Both the position numbers and the translations under genes were made by a program. From assembly GCA_000002435.2 (NCBI GenBank), contig CM018793.1: a stretch of DNA of 64,000 bases; one strand, 5' to 3'. The notes beneath the pieces are model-generated. The model had not been told where the DNA came from and ran no database searches. It worked only from the letters and a program-made list of their open reading frames with translations. Origin of the DNA: Giardia intestinalis. Taxonomy: Eukaryota. This document shows positions 57,926 through 64,000 of the stretch, piece by piece; the stretch's first letter is position 1, and each line of letters opens with the position of its first letter.

Positions 57926-58990
57926 ATGGCTGTTGTTGACGCCAGCACAACCCCGCGCGATTCGCAGCAGACCATTGGCGCCGGTGAGCTCGGAATAGGT
58001 CTTAATAACATTCTTCCGGACACAGACGACGATGGAGATGGGTTGTGTCTTATCTCAAGCGAGACAAGAGCAGTGAGAGTTAAATGTGATATCAACATTG
58101 TGGAGCGGCACATATCCCGTCCGGCGCGGATAAAGGAGACGTGCACTGGAGTCTTCACCCTCAGGCTCACCCCATCCTTTGATCCTGGGCACGTGAGCAT
58201 CAAGGACCTGGAGACATTTAAAGCCTGCCTTCGACGGCTAGCTTGCAATTGCCTTAATATCCGTGAGGAGCAAATTGCCATTATCCGCATTGGGCGGAGA
58301 AAGTGCATGACAAACCTGGGGCATCTGCGGACAAACCTGTCCACTTACTTTCGAAAGGTTGGTCGGGGTCAGAGTGTTCAGTTCTATAAGGGTCTAAGCC
58401 TGGATGTGACCATTGGCCAAGATGATCTAGTGCACCAGGAGATCGGAATGCCTTCTTCTTACCTCTCCCATGCTGTCTCCTCCCACATCAGTGGTTCGCA
58501 GAACATTTTGACACAGCACAGTGCACCACACATCAATTCGTATTTGCAGCTGTCCGGTCTATCTGCTAGAGTTCACGTTCCAGACGTTCAATTGAGCTCT
58601 GGGGGTGTTAACGACGAGTCTCTTCCCGTAGCCTCTACGTGTGCAATAACCAATCTCATTAACCGGCAGTACCCGAATATCCGGGCATCGTCTCCATCCC
58701 ATCTTGCAGAGTGGGTTCAGCAGATTGCTCACTATCCACCAGAGCAGTGGCCGGAGCGCGTGGCACGGGGCATCCCCAGCACCCTAATACATCACTTTTA
58801 TTTTCAGCCTATCCGCCCCGTAGATTTTAAGTTCAGGTTGCTATTCATGGAGCTTCCAGAAGAGGTGTTCGACGAAGCCTACTTGTACCTCCAGAACCTC
58901 CGGCAACAAAGCATTCAAAACATTCTTTCACGCTGTCCTGCAGAGATAACAGCCCCTGTGCCAGTTTGCGAGGCAGAGCATGCAGGCTAA
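57926..58990 (+). CDS. hypothetical protein (355 aa)
   Basis: ORF-track start 57914 is TTG; first ATG 57926; no domain recognised. Confidence 0.5.
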   Translation: MAVVDASTTPRDSQQTIGAGELGIGLNNILPDTDDDGDGLCLISSETRAVRVKCDINIVERHISRPARIKETCTGVFTLRLTPSFDPGHVSIKDLETFKACLRRLACNCLNIREEQIAIIRIGRRKCMTNLGHLRTNLSTYFRKVGRGQSVQFYKGLSLDVTIGQDDLVHQEIGMPSSYLSHAVSSHISGSQNILTQHSAPHINSYLQLSGLSARVHVPDVQLSSGGVNDESLPVASTCAITNLINRQYPNIRASSPSHLAEWVQQIAHYPPEQWPERVARGIPSTLIHHFYFQPIRPVDFKFRLLFMELPEEVFDEAYLYLQNLRQQSIQNILSRCPAEITAPVPVCEAEHAG

Positions 58991-59087
58991 TTATGTGTAC
59001 TTTTTAATCTATTCGAAGATTGTGAATGTACTGTAAATAGTTAGCAATTTACTGGGGCAGCCTTCTAACACATGGAAATAAAAGCCA

Positions 59088-62000
59088 ATGATTGCTGACC
59101 ATCCAGCAACCTGCTATACCTGTGATGCGAATGCTACTGTGGCTCGGCAAGTGGTCCCAATTTACGAGGACTTGGCAGCTTGTGAACAAGGAGGTAACGT
59201 GAAGGCGTCGCGAGAAAGAGGTAAAAAGAGAAAGCAGGGCACTGTGCACAAAGTCAGAATCAACTACTATCCACTATCACAGCGCTCAAGCAATAAGTTT
59301 AGATCGTCACCATACACCCCGTTGAATTTTGTTCCTCTGTTCCTCAAAGCGCAATTCTCACGACCATCAAATGTTATCTTTGTAGGGATTATGATCCTCA
59401 ACTATATGCCTGGTATCACAATAGTTTCGAAGGCCACGGCTGTCATCCCGGTTGTTTTCATTCTTGCGACCAGCTTGCTTAAGGACCTAATTGAGCTGGG
59501 GATTCGAATAAAGAACGACAAAGTGATTAATAAGGCTGAGTACGGTGAGCACATTTCAGGCGGAAAGGTTTGTAGCACGGTTGAGGCCCAAAATATCAAC
59601 CCAGGAGACATTTTCAAGATAACTGCAGGCCAGACAGCTCCGTGTGATGTCCTTGTTCTGGCATCAGATAAGAACGTGGTCTACTTCTCTCAAAGCAGTC
59701 TAACTGGGGAGCAGAACCTTGTTCAGAAGAACCCTATATACACTAGTACAGATATAATCTCGTCGCAATTCATTGGAGATGTAGAGTTTAGCTTCTATCA
59801 AGGCAAAGTCTTTGGGTGCTACACAGGTCCAGCAGTAGAAGAAAACACCCAGGGTTACGTTTCAACGGCTCCAGATCTTCATGCTGCCCCAGTAAGCGTT
59901 TGCATTGAAGACGTACAGGCTATCCAGCGTGCTAGAGAGAGGAGATACAGAAATGCAGCCATGAGCACACACCATATTCAAATGAACTCGGTGGTAAAAC
60001 GCGCCAGCATGGGGAAAAGGCCAATACAGCCAGAGCCTATCGTTCATTCAATCCTCCTTAATCAAGGAAACGTGGGCTTCAAGGGAACGGCCGCCACTAC
60101 AGACTATTACGCCCTAGCGCTTGCCACAGGGGAGAATTGTATGTCCACTTACACTGCCCATAAGCGAGAAAGCCGCATATCTAATGGAGCTAAGCGCCTG
60201 CAGCTTATCATTATTGTGCAGTGCTCTCTTGTACTTGTCTTCGTCATCTCATTTAGTTCCGTTGTGACGGAACGGTATCAAGGGTATATAGAGCGTTACC
60301 CCTACTTAGAAATTGCAGACCAGTTTGCTTCTAAAGCGGGTGCATTCTTCATAAGCTTCGTTAGCTACATCATTCTCTTCTCCTACGCACTACCAATCTG
60401 CATCTTCGTTACTATAGAGCTGCTCAACATCCTCAATCGGCTCTTCGTTCGTTCTGATCTCAATCTAATACACCTGTATGGAAGCTGCACCGTGAACAAC
60501 GACAAGGTTCTAGCAGACCTTTCTCGTATAACCCATATCTTTACAGATAAGACTGGGACTCTGACGCGCAACCAGTTCACGTACCATTCATTCCTTGGAG
60601 TGGATGAATGCCGCAGATTAAGTACGGAGTCTATCCTTAAATCTATCTATGCACTGGGGGAGAATAGGGCTAATGATGCTGACTTAAACGTATTCTATGG
60701 GAACTACGCATCACAAACGCCACAGCACACAGTTGATACTATACAAAATCGCGTCCTACAATTGGTAGCATTGGGATTATGTAATTCATTAATTCCAGTC
60801 AAATCGAATGGCAGATTGGAATACTTCGGCGAATCCGTCGAAGAAACCTGCTACATACGATATTTAAGCACAAATGGAATTCTCTCAATAGTTGAGAAGA
60901 CAGAGAGCACAGTTCGCCTGGCGCTTTCTCGCAGTTTTATAGAAACAGGGAACGTCTCAAGTGCAAGAATACAAACTGTTCGCCTTAGCAACACATTCGA
61001 AAGTGTCATTTCAGATGATTATAGCATAGACAAGTACGTTCTCCTGGACTTTGAATTGCTGAAGGTCTACGAGTTCACCCCCTCCCTAAAACGCATGTCC
61101 GTTATCTGCTGTCAAAAGGCATCACATGAGACTACTTCGTGCTCCATGTACGTAGTCAATGGCATGCGTCCCTTCCTGATCACAAAAGGCTCTCATGTTG
61201 TGATGGGCCAGCTTATGAATAGGATCCCAATGGCCGAAGGTGAACAGAGCACGGAGCAGCCACAGTCGTTAAGCATTGAAAATATCATCACAAAGAACCT
61301 CGCTGATAAGCGTTGCTTTGTGTTTGCATTCAAGCCCTTCCCCACGCTTCCAAACGTAAAGACCGAACCCCAGCAAAGCGTTGAACAGGGGTCTAACTTC
61401 TTAGGAATCAGTGTAATTGAGGATGAGCTCGCGCCTAATGTGTTAGAATCTGTAAAAAAGCTCAGATTTGCGGGTATTAAGATTAATATTGTTACAGGAG
61501 ACTCAATAGAAACCACAATAGAAACAGCTGCACGCACAGGCATTATTGATGTAGATACAAATAAAGTTATAATCACAAGAATGGATGAGATAGCTGTTCG
61601 AAAGGCAGAATTGCAAGATGAAGAGGATCAACGCTACTGTCTGGTAGTTTCCGGTGAAGTCATTAACGAGGTGTTCCCCAACCTGGAGCGCCGCGCACAG
61701 ATAAACGCCTTTCTACGCAAAGGAAAGCTACCCAAAAAGTTTGCTAGGCAATATTTCAAGGATACAGGCGTAGAATGCAGCCACGAGCCCAAGGTGTCTC
61801 TTGACCTAATGTACTTGATATCTCAAGCAAACGCATGCTTATTCTGCAGCATGAGCCCAGAGTCTAAGAAGGTTGTCATTCAATACCACAGTGTGTATAT
61901 CTCTCTGCAAAAGACGCGAATTAAGCTATGGTGCCGTGGAAAGTCTCCGTCAGTAGGGGCATCATTGGCGATAGGAGATGGCCAAAATGACCTGCAGATG

Positions 62001-63017
62001 ATTGATGCAGCAGATGTTAGCGTGGGCGTGCGTGGGCGCGAGGGGCTGTACGTTGCTAACAATGCAGATGTGTCGGTGCCGTCCTTCTCCACTCTGGTGA
62101 GACTTATTTTGGTCCACGGCGTTCTCATTGAGCAACGAATGAGGATGACAATATTCTATAATCTGTATAAGAATACAATGTTGGCGATAATATGCGGCTT
62201 CTACAGCGGTGAAAGCCTGTTCTCCAGCGTCCTAATTATCAATGATTTTTTGTCATTGATGTATAACGTAATTCTTAACTTTATTCCGATTTTCATCTAT
62301 GCACTGTCAGAGCAACACGTCAAGCCGCGCTACCTGGAAAACTTCCCCACCATATATAGAACTAATTGTCAACCGTGGCGATACTGGTTTGAGTTTGTCA
62401 CATTTTACGTTTCTGGAATATATATGGCTGTGATAATTTATTTCTGCACAGCATTTATGTTTGGAAATTCTGCAATCTTGGGAACAAGTGGCCGGGTAGC
62501 AGACACAACTGTATTCAGCTTCATAATAATAACCGTTATTACATTTGTCAGCCTCGCACGCTTGATGATAGCCTCTAATTACTACTCTACTGCATTCGCA
62601 TGGAGCATTATCTTAAGCATAGCCCTCTATTACTTCACCCTCGTAGGAATCAACTACACTTTCTTCTTCACTCAGTACTTCTTCAATACGCTCACAGTTG
62701 CTTCTGCTTCTCTCAGCTATTATTTACAGTGCCTAGTAATGATAATATTTTGCTTGGTGCCCGATATTATTTACAGCACACTTTCTCGGCTGTACATCAA
62801 TCCCGATCCTAACTCCCTCCTCACTCACTACTTTAAAAAGGAAACCAAGGGACTAGGGAAGCGAAAGGATATACAGCTGGAGCTTCGATATAAGAGGTGC
62901 CTCGAAGAAGTCATCAGGTCCATACAAACCACAGCAAAGAGCTCAAAAGAACAGTCTCAAAATGCCATTTTCTGCACAGAAAGTCTTGAAGTGGACGTCA
63001 AGCAGGAGTATAACTAG
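59088..63017 (+). CDS. P4-type ATPase (phospholipid flippase)
   Basis: P-type phosphorylation motif DKTGTLTRNQF, hinge GDGQNDLQMIDAADVSVGVRGREG, 10 TM arrangement, P4-like N-terminal TM1-2 region; 1309 aa. Confidence 0.9.
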   Translation: MIADHPATCYTCDANATVARQVVPIYEDLAACEQGGNVKASRERGKKRKQGTVHKVRINYYPLSQRSSNKFRSSPYTPLNFVPLFLKAQFSRPSNVIFVGIMILNYMPGITIVSKATAVIPVVFILATSLLKDLIELGIRIKNDKVINKAEYGEHISGGKVCSTVEAQNINPGDIFKITAGQTAPCDVLVLASDKNVVYFSQSSLTGEQNLVQKNPIYTSTDIISSQFIGDVEFSFYQGKVFGCYTGPAVEENTQGYVSTAPDLHAAPVSVCIEDVQAIQRARERRYRNAAMSTHHIQMNSVVKRASMGKRPIQPEPIVHSILLNQGNVGFKGTAATTDYYALALATGENCMSTYTAHKRESRISNGAKRLQLIIIVQCSLVLVFVISFSSVVTERYQGYIERYPYLEIADQFASKAGAFFISFVSYIILFSYALPICIFVTIELLNILNRLFVRSDLNLIHLYGSCTVNNDKVLADLSRITHIFTDKTGTLTRNQFTYHSFLGVDECRRLSTESILKSIYALGENRANDADLNVFYGNYASQTPQHTVDTIQNRVLQLVALGLCNSLIPVKSNGRLEYFGESVEETCYIRYLSTNGILSIVEKTESTVRLALSRSFIETGNVSSARIQTVRLSNTFESVISDDYSIDKYVLLDFELLKVYEFTPSLKRMSVICCQKASHETTSCSMYVVNGMRPFLITKGSHVVMGQLMNRIPMAEGEQSTEQPQSLSIENIITKNLADKRCFVFAFKPFPTLPNVKTEPQQSVEQGSNFLGISVIEDELAPNVLESVKKLRFAGIKINIVTGDSIETTIETAARTGIIDVDTNKVIITRMDEIAVRKAELQDEEDQRYCLVVSGEVINEVFPNLERRAQINAFLRKGKLPKKFARQYFKDTGVECSHEPKVSLDLMYLISQANACLFCSMSPESKKVVIQYHSVYISLQKTRIKLWCRGKSPSVGASLAIGDGQNDLQMIDAADVSVGVRGREGLYVANNADVSVPSFSTLVRLILVHGVLIEQRMRMTIFYNLYKNTMLAIICGFYSGESLFSSVLIINDFLSLMYNVILNFIPIFIYALSEQHVKPRYLENFPTIYRTNCQPWRYWFEFVTFYVSGIYMAVIIYFCTAFMFGNSAILGTSGRVADTTVFSFIIITVITFVSLARLMIASNYYSTAFAWSIILSIALYYFTLVGINYTFFFTQYFFNTLTVASASLSYYLQCLVMIIFCLVPDIIYSTLSRLYINPDPNSLLTHYFKKETKGLGKRKDIQLELRYKRCLEEVIRSIQTTAKSSKEQSQNAIFCTESLEVDVKQEYN

Positions 63018-63122
63018 TAGCGTAGTGCAAAATGCTTCAATTCTCGTACATTCTTTATCTTGAAAATGATTGTGAAAAAACCTTTTTGCCTACATTCTCA
63101 GAGCTGACCGCTGGCGGGAGCC

Positions 63123-64000
63123 ATGCAACTCCACATCGCAATGATATTATTGGTACACGTTCTGGTTGCCCGGTTCGTCACTTATGCTGACGTTGAGGAT
63201 GGTCCAATTCCTTGGTGGCTTGAAAACGTAACAGCCCCAGCCGACGTTCCTTTGTTGAATTATCCGAATCACGTCAATTGGTCTATTTCTAACTTGTACA
63301 ATGGTAACTGGTCTGTGCCGGCGGATGCAACCTGCACCAATTGCACCGGGATTTTACGGCTGAAGAGAAACGACGGACGAAGGGGGGTGTTTCTAGGGAA
63401 GGCGTACTTATCTATATCGGACACGACATTTACGATTAGTGACTACCAAAAGGCCATTTATAACGAGTACTTGAACAAGTCTTTTGTCTCCTCGAAGACA
63501 GCCACTTCAGAAACCTTTGCCAGCGATAGCACAAACTTTACTGGCCCGTGGAACAATACCAGAAGAGTCAAATTAACTTTACAGATCGTGGATGGGAGCT
63601 ATGATAGTGACTCGACTTCACTGCTTACCGCGATTGGATACTATTTCCCAGAAAGACAGCGCTGCGTAGCAAAGGGGATCCTGTCCCAGGCCTTCAAATC
63701 ACCTCAGTTTTCGCTGAATGATACGGATCTAGAGCAGTTAAAAAGAGTGGTTCTAGACGATGCACTGCCCTTTCCACCCGTGGACAACATCTCTACTTTC
63801 GACGCAGGTGCAGAGGATGCTACGACTGGAAAGAAGTCGCGCATTTCGAAAAGTAGGTGCACTTTCGATATCTGGTTCAGTCTGGATTACACAACCAGGC
63901 CATACGTCGATACATACTTTTACACTCCAGACACGGAGGCATCACTGTCTCGGCGAGATTATTACACGACTATTGTACATGATAAAGGGATAATGTATAA
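63123..64000 (+). CDS. hypothetical secreted/surface protein, 3' end outside window (at least 292 aa)
   Basis: Hand-translated: ATG 63123, MQLHIAMILLVHVLVARFVTYA signal-like N-terminus, many NxS/T sequons, no stop before base 64000; absent from the supplied ORF track, presumably because it has no stop. Confidence 0.5.
   Translation, partial: MQLHIAMILLVHVLVARFVTYADVEDGPIPWWLENVTAPADVPLLNYPNHVNWSISNLYNGNWSVPADATCTNCTGILRLKRNDGRRGVFLGKAYLSISDTTFTISDYQKAIYNEYLNKSFVSSKTATSETFASDSTNFTGPWNNTRRVKLTLQIVDGSYDSDSTSLLTAIGYYFPERQRCVAKGILSQAFKSPQFSLNDTDLEQLKRVVLDDALPFPPVDNISTFDAGAEDATTGKKSRISKSRCTFDIWFSLDYTTRPYVDTYFYTPDTEASLSRRDYYTTIVHDKGIMY

Noticed and set aside
57706-58344. 212-aa ORF on the minus strand
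   Set aside because: It is low-complexity and overlaps the 5' end of the 57926 gene, so it is a likely chance ORF in the long spacer.
1-64000. Prokaryotic-style features (operons, CRISPR arrays, IS elements, defence systems)
   Set aside because: Gene content is unambiguously eukaryotic (centrin, dynein, NEK kinase, SNARE, P4-ATPase, ribosomal proteins L44e and S19e). No direct-repeat/spacer arrays or transposase ORFs were seen.

Overview
The window reads as a gene-dense core chromosomal segment of a diplomonad, almost certainly Giardia intestinalis (inference, not a database hit). This rests on protein features: a NEK kinase fused to ankyrin repeats, five ankyrin-repeat ('Protein 21.1'-like) genes, a SHIPPO PGPGAY-repeat protein, intron-less genes with 20-150 bp spacers, A-rich initiator regions directly before ATGs, and AGTAAAC/TGTAAAC near stop codons. 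It also rests on two 3' exons that begin immediately after the Giardia branch-point/acceptor motif ACTAAC-AC(A/G)C-AG with no upstream exon nearby: the HSP90 C-terminal half (HspC) and the C-terminal ~400 aa of a dynein heavy chain. I count about 38 protein-coding genes (about 88% coding). These include a DDX3-like RGG helicase (5' partial), NEK-ankyrin kinase, La protein, a 3-RING protein, DnaJ (CaaX), ribosomal proteins L44e and S19e (divergent pair), a Bet1-like Qc-SNARE, a giant Kelch/coiled-coil/WD40 protein, centrin, a SHIPPO protein, two ABCA-type half transporters, a MORN protein, tRNA-dihydrouridine synthase, DDX54/Dbp10 helicase, Tsr3, glycerol kinase, a P4-ATPase flippase and several hypothetical membrane or coiled-coil proteins. 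No rRNA, tRNA, CRISPR array or transposon was recognised, and there is no prokaryote-style gene cluster, so I find no defence-island-type 'system' here. The most notable sequence-level observations are: (1) the two split-intron acceptors (trans-spliced exons) lying about 17 kb apart on opposite strands; (2) a perfect 195-bp inverted repeat (24883-25077 vs 45156-45350) covering the Walker-A region of the two otherwise diverged, head-to-head ABCA paralogs, with sharp edges and almost exclusively G/C-ending codons, i.e. a gene-conversion tract with a GC-biased signature; (3) an atypically long (~765 bp) ORF-free spacer at 57162-57925. Many N-termini in the supplied ORF track start at GTG/TTG, so I trimmed those to the first in-frame ATG.
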